This document shows, piece after piece, positions 33,835-44,123 of a stretch of DNA of 64,000 nucleotides. A program made the position numbers and the translations under genes. The DNA is taken from the NCBI GenBank assembly GCA_963813715.1, contig CAWFAK010000012.1:352001-416000 (forward strand), in the 5' to 3' direction. Source of the DNA: an uncultured Planctomycetaceae bacterium (GTDB taxonomy: Bacteria > Planctomycetota > Planctomycetia > Planctomycetales > Planctomycetaceae). The notes beneath the pieces are model-generated. The model saw only the letters and a list, made by a program, of their open reading frames with translations. It did no database searches and was not told the origin of the DNA. The stretch's first letter is position 1. Every line of letters begins with the position of its first letter.

Positions 33835-34273
33835 TTACGGCGGCGTAATCTTAAGCGGACCTGAATCGCCTCGGGATGCGCGCCAGCGGGCGATCTCCAC
33901 TTGCACATCGACGGGCCGGACACCGTCGGCCGGGCCGCCCGTCGGAGAAAAGTGGGCCGCGCGAATCCGTTCATTCAGCGACTGCAACGCGCGTCGGACC
34001 TGATGCTCGCTGTGCATCGATTGGACGGCTTCGAGCGTGCCGCTCGATGTCGCGCCGCGCCTGCAGGATCGGCGGCAGCACGACGAGCCCCTCTTGCCGC
34101 AGCTTGCTCTTGATCCACCAGTTCTCGTCGTCGGGGCCGTCGATATCGGGGATCGGCTTGCCGAAGCCGGGAAGACGGTCGAACTGGCCCGCGGCCTGGG
34201 CTTCGCGAATCCGGCGTTCGGCCAGCGACTCGAACTTCTCAATTGGCTTTGGCTTGGGGTTGGGCTGCGTCAT
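33835..34273 (-). CDS. DUF1992 (DnaJC28-like) domain protein, frameshift near 34035
   Basis: 'SLAERRIREAQAAGQFDRLPGFGKPI...WWIKSKLRQEGL..LPP'; the C-terminus 'VRRALQSLNERIR...VDVQVEIARWR' is in another frame. Confidence 0.82.
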
Positions 34274-34356
34274 ACGCAGATCCAAGCATCACAGGAAATT
34301 AGGTGACGTCCGCGCACGAACCCACGCCCGGCGAAACTCCGCCGTCCGCCGCCAGC

Positions 34357-35544
34357 TCACTTCACCGAAAGCCGATAAACCGTCGTTTGAGCGTAGGGCT
34401 TCGTCGGCTCCAGCAGCGTGCTGGGGAACGATGGGCGGTTCGGAGAGTCGGGGAAATGCTGGCACTCCAGGCAAAAGCCCGTGTAGGGCTTGAACCCGCC
34501 GTCCTCCGCTTTTCCCGACAGCTGATTGCCGGTGTAGAACTGCACGCCGGGTTCGGTCGTGAGGATTTCCAGCACGCGTCCCGACTGCGGGTCTTCGGCG
34601 CGGACGGCCACCTCTTTGAGAGGGTCTTTGACCTCGTTGAGCGCGTAACAATGGTCGTAGCCCTTGAGGCCGCCTCCGCCATCGACCTCTTTGAGGTGGG
34701 CGCCGATTTTTGACGGGGACAGGAAGTCCATCGGCGTCCCTTTGACGGCCTTCAACTCGCCGGTTGGAATCAGCGTGTCGTCGACGGGGAGGAAACGATC
34801 GGCGTTCATCATCAGCGTGTGATCGAGCACTTGCTGCGTCGGGTCGCCGTGCAGGTTCCAGTAAACGTGGCTCGTGAGATTGATGACGGTTGGCGCGGTC
34901 GAGACGGCGCGGTAATCGATCCGCAGCTCGTTGGTGTCGGTGAGGGTGTAGATCACTGTCGTCTTCACCCCGCCCGGATAACCCTCCTCGCCGTCGCGGC
35001 TCTCGTACATCAACTCCACGCCGGCCGATTTGCCGTCCGACGGCGGCGTGATCGGGCGCGAGTGCCACACGACAAAGCTGAACGACTTGACGCCGCCGTG
35101 CAGCGTGTTGGGCGGATCGTTGATCGCCAGTGTGTACTCCTTGCCATTGAGCTTGAACTTGCCCTTGGCGATACGGTTTGCATAGCGGCCGCAAATCGGC
35201 CCGAAGTAAGGCTGCTTGCCCAGGTAGCCATCGATCGACGGGAAGCCCAGCGTAATGTTGGCCTTCTTCCCGTTGCGATCGGGACAGCTCAGTTCGGTGA
35301 GGGTCGCACCGTAATCGATGATCGAGACGCCCATCCCCTTGTCGTTCGACAGCAAATACCGCGTGATCGGCTGGCCGTCTTTCGAGTCGCCAAATGGCTC
35401 GGATTGAATCAGCACGTGGGGCTCGGAGGGACGGGAGTCCGCCGACGATTTCTTGTCGGGTTCCTTGGGAGGCGGGCTGCTCGTCTCACAGCCGGTCAGT
35501 AGAGCCGCAACCACCAGGACGATGCACGAACGCCGTCTCTGCAT
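34357..35544 (-). CDS. galM: Aldose 1-epimerase (mutarotase), predicted lipoprotein
   Basis: Lipobox 'LLTGC'; 'GRYANRI', 'LHGG', 'EEGYPG', 'NLTSHVYWNL', 'GYDH', 'QFYTGN', 'CLECQHFPDSPN'. Confidence 0.92.
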   Translation of the reverse strand: MQRRRSCIVLVVAALLTGCETSSPPPKEPDKKSSADSRPSEPHVLIQSEPFGDSKDGQPITRYLLSNDKGMGVSIIDYGATLTELSCPDRNGKKANITLGFPSIDGYLGKQPYFGPICGRYANRIAKGKFKLNGKEYTLAINDPPNTLHGGVKSFSFVVWHSRPITPPSDGKSAGVELMYESRDGEEGYPGGVKTTVIYTLTDTNELRIDYRAVSTAPTVINLTSHVYWNLHGDPTQQVLDHTLMMNADRFLPVDDTLIPTGELKAVKGTPMDFLSPSKIGAHLKEVDGGGGLKGYDHCYALNEVKDPLKEVAVRAEDPQSGRVLEILTTEPGVQFYTGNQLSGKAEDGGFKPYTGFCLECQHFPDSPNRPSFPSTLLEPTKPYAQTTVYRLSVK

Positions 35545-35939
35545 GACGATCACCCCGCGAAGCGTGCGCCCGCGAGCCGACGGCACGCCGGGCCGACAGT
35601 CGCTCACGCCAAGCGGTATCTTGGGGAACGATGCGTGGGGATTCAAGCGACCTCGCGTTCGGCCCTCAATGCGGCGGCGAATCCTTCCGGCGTGCACACT
35701 GATTTGAAGCCGTCTTGAGCCGGCCCCGCAAGTCGACTCGATTCGCCCCCGTCGGCGGCAGCGAAAACGAATCTCTGTGGTCGGCGGGTTGGAGAAATGC
35801 GTAGAATTGCCAGAGTTTTCCCAGGCGGTTTTCGCGAGTTTCGGCAGTCCCTCACGGATTGCCCCAACACCGGCACTTTATGGTTCGTAGGTCCTTATGA
35901 ATGCGAACCATCCAAGCGAGCCGGTCCGACAGGAAGCTA

Positions 35940-36614
35940 ATGTCGGACTCTGAACTCTTCACGAGCAGTCCGCAAAACGATGCGACTGGGGTCAGCGATG
36001 CCCGGCTCGTTGAGGACGCTCGTCGCGGAAACCGTGACGCCTTCGGGACTTTGGTCCAACGTTACGAGCGGCGGCTGGTTCGGGTCATTCTCCGATTTGT
36101 GTCGGATGTTGAACTGGCAAAAGACCTTGCGCAAGAGACTTTCCTCCGCGCCTACGTTCGATTCGATCAATTCGACCCATCCCGCCGGTTCGGACCTTGG
36201 TTGTTCCGCATCGGCGTGAATTTGACCTTCGATCATCTCCGCCGGCGTCGCCGACGGGGGAAATTGGCCCTGTTCACCGACTATTGGAGCTCGGGGAATG
36301 CCGACCCGCAGGTCGACGACCCGCGGGGCAGCCTGGACACTCGGCAAGAAGTTGAACTGGTTTTGACCCAGGTTCCTGAGAAATACCGGACGGTCCTCAT
36401 TCTCCGCGACATGGAGAATTTTTCGACCTCGGAAATTGCCGCCATCCTCAATCGCAAGGAAGCGACGATCCGCTGGCGGCTGGCCGAGGCCCGCAACATG
36501 TTTCAGCGATTGTGGACCAAACGACAGGGGATCGCCGCGAGTACTGAAGAGAAGCCGACGAACAGTCCCAACGAAGACAAGCCGAGTAAAGATCGAGCGA
36601 ACGAGGATAAGTGA
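35940..36614 (+). CDS. ECF-type RNA polymerase sigma factor
   Basis: 'AFGTLVQRY', 'AKDLAQETFLRAY', 'FGPWLFRI', region 4 'FSTSEIAAIL...TIRWRLAEAR'. Confidence 0.93.
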   Translation: MSDSELFTSSPQNDATGVSDARLVEDARRGNRDAFGTLVQRYERRLVRVILRFVSDVELAKDLAQETFLRAYVRFDQFDPSRRFGPWLFRIGVNLTFDHLRRRRRRGKLALFTDYWSSGNADPQVDDPRGSLDTRQEVELVLTQVPEKYRTVLILRDMENFSTSEIAAILNRKEATIRWRLAEARNMFQRLWTKRQGIAASTEEKPTNSPNEDKPSKDRANEDK

Positions 36615-36619
36615 GAGTC

Positions 36620-37135
36620 ATGAATTGCAAACAGGCCCAGGGGAAACTGGCCCTCTTGATTGGCAGCGACCTGGATGTGTCGGCCATCGCAGAGGTGCAA
36701 AAACACGTGAGTCAATGTGCCGGCTGCCGGGAACGCCTGCAGCAGTTGTCGTCATGCTTGGAGGTTTTGCAGGTGCCAGCGGCCGGCACATTTCTTGGTG
36801 ACGGCGAGAGCCTGTGGCCGCGGATCTCCGTGCGACTGGCCTCTCCCATGGCCGGCCAGAAGCCGCATCGATTGAGCGGCTGGGCCCCGACGCTGGCGGT
36901 CGCCGCCGCGTGCGCGGCAATGTTTTGGGTCGCCTCGTACCAATTCGTGGGCGATTCGGCGCCGAGCGGTGTCTCCTTGCCCGGCGCTCCGATCCAGCAA
37001 ATCAACAATGGTCTCGAGCGCCAGTACAATGGCCTCGATCGTCGGTACCCGGTGCGAGTCCAGCCGATTAATGGCCACGCCGAACCGCCTCGCCACCAGG
37101 GCGACGCGTCCGGTACAATGCGCTGGATCGATTGA
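36620..37135 (+). CDS. Zinc-finger (zf-HC2) transmembrane anti-sigma factor
   Basis: 'MNC...HVSQCAGC' HxxxCxxC motif followed by one TM segment; immediately downstream of the ECF sigma. Confidence 0.85.
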   Translation: MNCKQAQGKLALLIGSDLDVSAIAEVQKHVSQCAGCRERLQQLSSCLEVLQVPAAGTFLGDGESLWPRISVRLASPMAGQKPHRLSGWAPTLAVAAACAAMFWVASYQFVGDSAPSGVSLPGAPIQQINNGLERQYNGLDRRYPVRVQPINGHAEPPRHQGDASGTMRWID

Positions 37136-37205
37136 CGAGGCCGGTTGGCCGCGGAAGTGAAACGCCGGCTTCGTCCACACCCAGGAAGAAGCGGAGTTTC
37201 CGCCG

Positions 37206-37430
37206 ATGCCCCTCTTCGAGTACCGGTGCACGCACTGCCAACACGAGTTCGAGGCCTTGGTCCGTGACGCGACCTGGCCCGCGTGTCCCGAGTGCGGGGC
37301 TGCTCAGCCCGAAAAGCTGCTGAGCGCCGTCTCCGCTCGTGTTTCCGGCTCGGGCTCGTTGCCAATCTCAGCTGCGTGCCCTCCGTCAGACGCACCGCCT
37401 TGCGGCCCCGGTTGCTGCCGGCTGCGATGA
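37206..37430 (+). CDS. FmdB family zinc-ribbon protein
   Basis: 'MPLFEYRCTHCQHEFE...CPECG...KLLS', Cys-rich tail. Confidence 0.9.
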   Translation: MPLFEYRCTHCQHEFEALVRDATWPACPECGAAQPEKLLSAVSARVSGSGSLPISAACPPSDAPPCGPGCCRLR

Positions 37431-38369
37431 TTCGCATCGCACCCGCCCCTCCGCGGGAATACGAAGCGGCCCTCGATCTGCTCTTTGATCGCCTCTCGCC
37501 GGCCGAGCGCAAAATCACCATTAGGGACGTCCTCCGCTCGCTGACGTCCGACCGAATCATTCGACACGGGCTGCTGGCTGCCTGGAAAGGCCCCAAGCTC
37601 GTCGGGACGACGCTCTACGCGATCCAGCGCGACCACACGGCCTTTGTGTGGCCTCCGCGGCTCCGATCCGAGGAAGCGGATCCGTCGATTGCCGACGCGC
37701 TCGTCGCCGCGCTGGTGGCGGGCGTCGATGCGGCCTCAGCCTGGATCGCACAAGCGCTGCTCGATCCGGCCGCCCGCGATGAAGCCGAGGCACTCGACCG
37801 CAACGGTTTCCAACATCTGACGGACTTGCGGTTCCTGGTGCATACACTGGGCGAGCCCTTACAGCCGCTGGCAGCGGGCGGAGCACGGCCGGCGATCGTC
37901 ACGTACGAGCCCGGCGTGCACGAAGAACGATTCGCGAAGCTGCTCGAGAAGACGTATGTCGGCACGCGTGATTGCCCGGAGGTCGGCGGCCGGCGACACG
38001 GGGGCCGACGCACTGGTCAGCCATCGCATGTCGGGCGAGTTCGAGCCGTCGCGCTGGAAGCTGTACCGCGCCGGCGGCAAGGATGCCGGCGTGCTTTTGC
38101 TCAACGCGCACCCGGAGCACGCGGCGTGGGAAGTGGTTTACGTCGGCGTGGCCCACGATTCCCGCGGTTTGGGGCTCGGTCGAAGGATGGTGGCCGACGC
38201 GCTCGCCGCGGCACAAGGCGCGGGACAGTCGGCGCTGTTGTTGGCGGTCGACAGTCGAAACGACTACGCGAGCAAGGTTTATGACGAGCTGGGATTCGTC
38301 GAGACCGATCGCAAGGGCGTGCACGTTTATTTCCCAAACGCGAGTCAAAGTTCGTCCGCGCGGCGTTAA
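37427..38369 (+). CDS. Tandem GNAT acetyltransferase (MshD-like), frameshift near 37990
   Basis: C-terminal GNAT motif 'EVVYVGV...RGLGLG...LAVDSRNDYA..VYDELGF'; ATGA overlap with the fmdB-like gene. Confidence 0.8.
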
Positions 38370-38504
38370 TCGACACGCGGTTCACACTCGGTCGCGCGCT
38401 CTCAAAAAATTTTCGAGAGGCCCGAACTTGGGGACTCCTCGGAAGATTCGTGGCATTGCCGATTCGATCCGCGCGCGTCGGTGAAGATTTCGAATCGTTT
38501 TCGT

Positions 38505-38532
38505 TTGACATGAGAAAGCGTCCCGATACGAT
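38505..38532 (+). promoter_or_regulatory. Putative sigma70 promoter upstream of dnaA
   Basis: TTGACA-N16-TACGAT. Confidence 0.55.
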
Positions 38533-38810
38533 CGCTTACCTGAGTGAGTGAGTTTCGAGCGGCGACACGGTGCCAACAGTTCGCGGCTCGATTCTGCTTT
38601 TCGCAACGGACCGATCGCGTTTCTTCACCGTCGGCCGCCCGCAGTGCGGCAACGGAGTGCTGTCGTCTTGCCGGGGGACCCGCTTTCGAACAGCGAGAGT
38701 CTGCGCAGGGAATGGCCGGATTTCTCGATGCGTGTTCGAACCTTCTAGGGACTTCCCTCCCGCATCCGGTACAGGCCGGCACAGAAGAGGTGCGCTCATA
38801 GGGGGGTGGC

Positions 38811-40572
38811 ATGATGCAGCCCGGCGACACGGCGGTTGCAGCTTCCGCGCGCGAGAAGACGAGATTCTGCGCGAGTTTGAACGGCGGGTCGGTTCTCGGA
38901 CATTTAACCTTTGGGTTCGCGACAACGCCTCGATCGAGATTGCCCAAGACCAGGTCACGCTCAACGTCCACAACAAGTTCTTGCTGAGCTGGCTGCAACA
39001 GCGGTATCGATCTGACATCGTTGCCGCCGTGCGGACTGTCCTCGGCAACGAAGCCGAGGTGCAGTTTCACGAGCTGACCGTCGCGCAGACGATTGCTGCG
39101 CCGAATCCCGCCCCGCACGTGGCAGCCGACATTCCGTGCGAAGCGCGAACTCGACCGATCGACCGCCCGCATTCGAGCGCCCACCGGAATGATTCGTCGT
39201 GGCGCAGCCGAGTCGCGCGGACCGAGCGCTTCCGCCGGCGAGTCGCGCGGTCCGAGCCCTTCCACCGGGTTGAGCCCGTGCTCCAAGGGGCTGTTCGTCG
39301 ATCCCAGCCCGCTGGCGGCGATTTCGACGGCTAAGCTGGCCGTGGCCCGCGCAGCACCAAAACCCCCGCAGCACTCAGGATCGGGGCAGCATTCGCCGTG
39401 AGCAGAAGCCGAGTGGCGAGGAGGCTTCGCGCGCCGCGGCAGCTGCTCCGGCCGGTTCGGCCTCGAAGAGCGCGCCCTCTCAGAGCCCGCTCTCGAACGG
39501 CCCGTCGACGACCACTCCGGTCCCTCCCTCCTCTAAACGTCGCTTCGCCGACTTGACCGATTTTGTCACGGGGCCCGGGAACCAACTGGCCTTTACCGCG
39601 GCCCTGCAGATCTGCGAACAGCCAGGGGGTTACAACCCGCTCGTACTGCACGGGGGTGTCGGCATTGGCAAGACCCACCTGCTCGAGGGCGTCTATCGCC
39701 GGATGCGGATCCGCTACCCCTCGTTCCGCGTGATGTTCCTCTCCGCCGAGTCGTTTGCCAACTATTTCACGCAGGCCCTCCGCGATCGCACGCTGGCCAG
39801 CTTTCGGCAGCGGTTCCGGGGCGTCGACGTGCTGATGATCGACGACGTCGATTTCTTGGATGGTAAACGCGTCATCCAGGAAGAATTCCTGCACACGATC
39901 AAGCAGCTCGAGTCGCACGGCCGTCAGGTGGCCCTCACCGCCGATCGCCATCCGCGGCTGTTGACTCGATTGAGCGAGGAACTGGTGACGCGGTTTATGT
40001 CGGGCATTGTGTGCCGGATCGAATCGCCCGACGTCGACACGCGTCGGGCCATCGTCGCCCGCAAGGCGGCCCGCTTGACCGCCCGCGTCACCGACGAGGC
40101 CATCGAGTTTGTCGTGCAGCGCTTCCCGCAGAGCGTGCGCGAACTGGAGGGAGCCCTCAACTTCCTCGAAACGTACGGGCTGATGACGGGCAAAACGATC
40201 ACCCATTCAATCGCCCGGAATGTGCTGGCGGACCTCGAGCGGGACTGCGTGCGGATCGTGCGCGTCGCGGAAGTCGAGCAGGCCGTTTGCCGCCTGTTCT
40301 CGATCGGCCCGAACGATTTGCGTTCGCCCCGCCGCACGCGGACGGTCAGCCAGCCTCGGATGCTGGCGATGTACCTGGCCCGCAAGATGACGCAGGCAGC
40401 CTACACAGAAATCGGCGAGCATTTCGGCGGCCGCAACCACAGCACGGTGATGTCGGCCGAAAAGCGGGTCCGCTCCCTGCTGGAAGCCAACGCCACGGTG
40501 AAGGCCGGCACCCAGGAATGGAAGCTGGGCGACTTGCTGGCGTCGCTCGAGCAGCAGCTACTGACGGGGTGA
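38811..40572 (+). CDS. dnaA: Chromosomal replication initiator DnaA, divergent paralogue; several frameshifts in the N-terminal region and linker
   Basis: Domain I 'TFNLWV...NKFLLSWLQQRY' (ORF 38570-39334); AAA+ 'YNPLVLHGGVGIGKTHL', 'IDDVDF', 'QEEF', 'RELEGAL'; domain IV 'RMLAMYLAR...GGRNHSTV'. Confidence 0.9.
39209..39268 (+). repeat. 30-bp imperfect tandem repeat in the DnaA linker
   Basis: CGAGTCGCGCGGACCGAGCGCTTCCGCCGG / CGAGTCGCGCGGTCCGAGCCCTTCCACCGG (ESRGPSASAG/ESRGPSPSTG). Confidence 0.8.
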
Positions 40573-40577
40573 GTTTG

Positions 40578-40609
40578 GGTGGCTGGGGTCGAGCGAAGCG
40601 AGCCCCCAG
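40578..40609. repeat. REP-like palindrome after dnaA
   Basis: GGTGGCTGGGGTCGAGCGAAGCGAGCCCCCAG, a CTGGGG...CCCCAG stem; resembles a second planctomycete extragenic repeat class recalled from memory. Confidence 0.55.
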
Positions 40610-40710
40610 TGACTTCCGCGCCCAATAACCTCCGCGGTCGGCGCCCATCGAGACGCGGCCATGCGTTTGCGCTGCACGGCGGCATGGTGCCCCTTATACT
40701 CGACGTCGAG

Positions 40711-41892
40711 ATGCCACGCCGCGAGTCTGACAATCACTTCGACCTGCTGAGCAGGAAAACGATCGGCGCCGTGCTGCGTCGCGCTCTTCGTCGTCGGCTG
40801 TGCGCATTCTGCGCGCCGGCTCCGGACGAAATTCGCGTCGGGCACTATGCCTCGCTCAGCGGCTCGGAGGCGACCTTCGGCCAATCGACCGACAATGGCA
40901 TTCGGCTAGCGGTCGACGCCATCAATAGGGCCGGCGGCATTCACGGCAAGAAAGTCCGCCTGATCACCTACGACGATCGGGGTGACGCCAAGGAAGCCGG
41001 CACGGCCGTCACGCGGCTCATCAATCGCGACCAGGTCGCAGCCGTACTGGGCGAAGTGGCGTCTGGGCTGTCGCTAGCCGGAGCGCCGATTTGTCAGCAG
41101 AGCGGCATCCCCATGGTCACGCCCTCTTCGGTCGCGCCCGAGATCACGGCCGTGGGCGACCGTATTTTCCGCGTTTGCTTCACGAACCGCTTTCAGGCCT
41201 ACGCCTGCGCAAAATTCGCGCACGACGACCTCAAGGCCCAGACGGCCGCCATCCTCTACGATCAAAAACTCCCCTACTCGGTCGGCCTGGCGGACGAATT
41301 TCAAAAGCAGTTCACCACGCTGGGAGGCCGGATCACCACGCGAGTCTCTTACCAGGAAGGGGACCAGGACTTTTCCGCCCAACTGACTTCAATCCGCGGC
41401 ACCAACCCCGACGTGGTGTTCATCCCCGGCTACTACACCGACGTGGCCAACATCGCCGTCCAAGCCCGCAAGCTAGGTATTCGCGTGCCGCTGTTGGGGG
41501 GTGACGGCTGGGACTCGGCCAAATTGGCGGAGATCGGCGGGGCGGCGATCGAGGGCGCCTATTTCGCGTCGCATTACTGTCAGCAGGATCCCCGCGCCCG
41601 CGTGCAGGAGTTTCTGAAGGATTATCGCACCCAGTTCGGCATTGCGCCCGACGCCATGGCCGCGCTCGGCTTCGACGCAGCAAGCATCTTGTTCGCGGCG
41701 ATGCAACAGGCCCCGTCGCAAGCGGGGGCCGACATCGCCGCAGCGCTGGCTTCGACGAAGAACTTTGACGGAGTGACCGGACGCATTTCGATCGACGCAG
41801 AGCGCAACGCGGTGAAGCCGGCCGTCATTCTGCAAGTCAAGCACGGCGTGCCGATCCTGGCCGCCACGATCGAACCACCGGCTGCGCGCTGA
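40711..41892 (+). CDS. Branched-chain amino acid ABC-type substrate-binding protein (LivK/J-like), orphan
   Basis: 'IRVGHYASLSGSEATFG', 'AINRAGGIHGKK', 'LGEVASG', 'FRVCF', 'DFSAQLT', 'GGDGWDS', 'FDGVTG'. Confidence 0.9.
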   Translation: MPRRESDNHFDLLSRKTIGAVLRRALRRRLCAFCAPAPDEIRVGHYASLSGSEATFGQSTDNGIRLAVDAINRAGGIHGKKVRLITYDDRGDAKEAGTAVTRLINRDQVAAVLGEVASGLSLAGAPICQQSGIPMVTPSSVAPEITAVGDRIFRVCFTNRFQAYACAKFAHDDLKAQTAAILYDQKLPYSVGLADEFQKQFTTLGGRITTRVSYQEGDQDFSAQLTSIRGTNPDVVFIPGYYTDVANIAVQARKLGIRVPLLGGDGWDSAKLAEIGGAAIEGAYFASHYCQQDPRARVQEFLKDYRTQFGIAPDAMAALGFDAASILFAAMQQAPSQAGADIAAALASTKNFDGVTGRISIDAERNAVKPAVILQVKHGVPILAATIEPPAAR

Positions 41893-41930
41893 CTCGTTCG
41901 AGACCCTCAAATTCAGAAACCTGCCCGTCG

Positions 41931-42383
41931 ATGGACACTAAGAGCACGCGCTTTGCCGCCTGGCTGGGAACAGTGGTCGTGGTGATCCACGAGATTCCGC
42001 TCATGCTACACGGGATCGCTCACACACAGCTGGGCATTTATCTCCCCTCGGTGCTGGCCAACGTTTACATCGTGCTCGTGCTGTACGCGGCTCCGGTGGT
42101 GGCCGCCGGTTTTTTGTGGGCCAACCGCACGCGGTTCGGGGCGTGGCTGCTGTTGGCGTCGATGGCTGGCTCGCTCGCCTTCGAGGTCTACAATCACTTT
42201 CTCGTGATGAGCGAGGACCACGTCTCGATGGTCCCTGCCGGCACGTGGGGTGACATCTTTCGGGTGACGGCGGTCGCGTCGGTCGTGACCGAGGTGCTGG
42301 CCGGCGTCGCGGCCGTCGTGATTCTCGGATCGGCGCCCCGCACACTGGCGACATCTCCAATGGGTGGGGCTGCTATTAAATGA
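41931..42383 (+). CDS. Four-TM membrane protein
   Basis: Hydrophobic helices with His residues ('LHGIAH', 'YNHF...DHV'). Confidence 0.7.
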   Translation: MDTKSTRFAAWLGTVVVVIHEIPLMLHGIAHTQLGIYLPSVLANVYIVLVLYAAPVVAAGFLWANRTRFGAWLLLASMAGSLAFEVYNHFLVMSEDHVSMVPAGTWGDIFRVTAVASVVTEVLAGVAAVVILGSAPRTLATSPMGGAAIK

Positions 42384-44108
42384 GTGGGCGAACCGTTCGC
42401 GCGTTGGCCGCGATAGTCTTTCTGTTGCTCTGTGTGCCGTCGGCTGTGTGCACGGCGGCCGCGCCACGTGATCTGCCGGTCATCGCGGGAGGTCTCGTCC
42501 ACTGCCAGCACGGACTGGTCGTCAGCGTGCATCCATTCGCGTCACGAATCGGAGTCGAGACATTGAGGCAGGGAGGCACGGCCGTCGATGCCGCCGTGGC
42601 CACCGCGTTCGCCCTAGCGGTCACCTGGCCGGGGGCCGGCAATATCGGTGGCGGCGGTTACATGATGATCGTGCCCGCGGGCAAGGCCGCACCGGTAGCC
42701 GTCGATTTTCGCGAAATGGCGCCCGCCGCCGCGACCAAAGACATGTTCGCCAAGCCCGAGGGGCGTTCGCCGCGTCGCCGGGTCGGCGTGCCTGGCACCG
42801 TGCGAGGGCTGGCTCTCGCCCACCGCCAGTTCGGCCATCTGAGCTGGCGCGAGTTGGTGCTGCCGGCCGTGCGACTCGCCCGCGACGGCTTCGAGCTCGA
42901 CGCGGCAACGGCGGACTCGCTCAACGAAATTCTGAAAAAATCCGACAAGAAACAGTTCGCCGAGCTGCATCGCGTCTTCGGCAAGCCCGGCGGAACGGAC
43001 TGGCAACGCGGCGATCGTCTGGTTCAGCCGGAACTAGCCGCGACCTTGCAGGAGATTGCCGAACGCGGGGCCGACGCGTTTTACACCGGTACGACGGCCG
43101 ACAAGATCGCCGCCGAAATGCAGCGCGGCGGCGGTCTGATCACGCGCGAGGACTTGGCTCATTATCAGCCGGTGCTGCGCCAACCGGTGCGCGGCACGTA
43201 CCGCGGCTTCGAGATCGTCTCCGTTCCGCCTTCGTCGTCCGGCGGCACGACGCTGATCGAGGAGCTCAACATCCTCGAAAACTTCGACCTGCGGTCCCAT
43301 GGTCGCTGGTCCGCCGAGACGCTGCACCTGATGATCGAAGCGGCCCGCCGCGCGTTCCGCGACCGGGCGTGCTTCTTGGGCGATCCCGATCGCGTGACCA
43401 TCCCCGACAAGATGACGCGAAAAGACTACGCCCGCACGCTTGCGCAGGGTATTGATCCGCGTCGCGCCACTCCCAGCCGGCAGCTGGCCGGCGATATTCC
43501 GATCGCCAACGAGCCCGCCCACACGACCCACTTCTCCGTGATCGACGGCGAGCACACGGCCGTCAGCATGACCTACACGCTGGAAAACATGTATGGCAGC
43601 CGGATCGTGGTCCGCGGCGGCGGGTTCGTGCTCAACGACGAGATGAACGACTTCGCCTGGCATCCCGGCGTCACCAACACGCACGGGACCATCGGCACGC
43701 GGCCCAACCAGATTGAGCCGGGCAAACGCATGCTCAGCTCGATGTGCCCCACGATCGTGCTCAAGGACGGCAGGCCCTATTTGATCACCGGCAGCCCGGG
43801 CGGGCGGACGATCATCAACACCGTCCTGTGCATGCTCGTCAACGTGCTCGACTTCGACATGGATCCGCGGGCCGCCGTCGATGCGCCCCGTCTGCACCAC
43901 CAGTGGTTCCCTGATCGCACGAGTGTCGAGCCGGCGTTTGCCCGCGAGCATGCGGCCGTTGTGAAACAACTCGAGGCCCTGGGACACACCGTGCGAGTCG
44001 CGGACGACGAACAGGGCGACGCCCACTCGATCTGGATCGATCCCAGAGACGGGTCGCCTCACCGGTGTCGCCGACAAACGGGAAGACGGCTCTGCCGCCG
44101 GTTACTGA
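42380..44108 (+). CDS. ggt: Gamma-glutamyltransferase, frameshift near 44057
   Basis: Signal peptide; 'GGTAVDAAVA', 'GNIGGGG', 'DFREMAP', 'PPSSSGG', small-subunit start 'HTTHFSV', 'NDEMNDF', 'PGKRMLSSM', 'GSPGG'; true end 'GVADKREDGSAAGY*'. Confidence 0.93.
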
Positions 44109-44123
44109 GCCCGCGCGAGGCCG

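Noticed and set aside
38370..38810. oriC upstream of dnaA
   Set aside because: No TTATCCACA-like box cluster and no extended AT-rich unwinding element; only a weak 'GTTCACA' at about 38380
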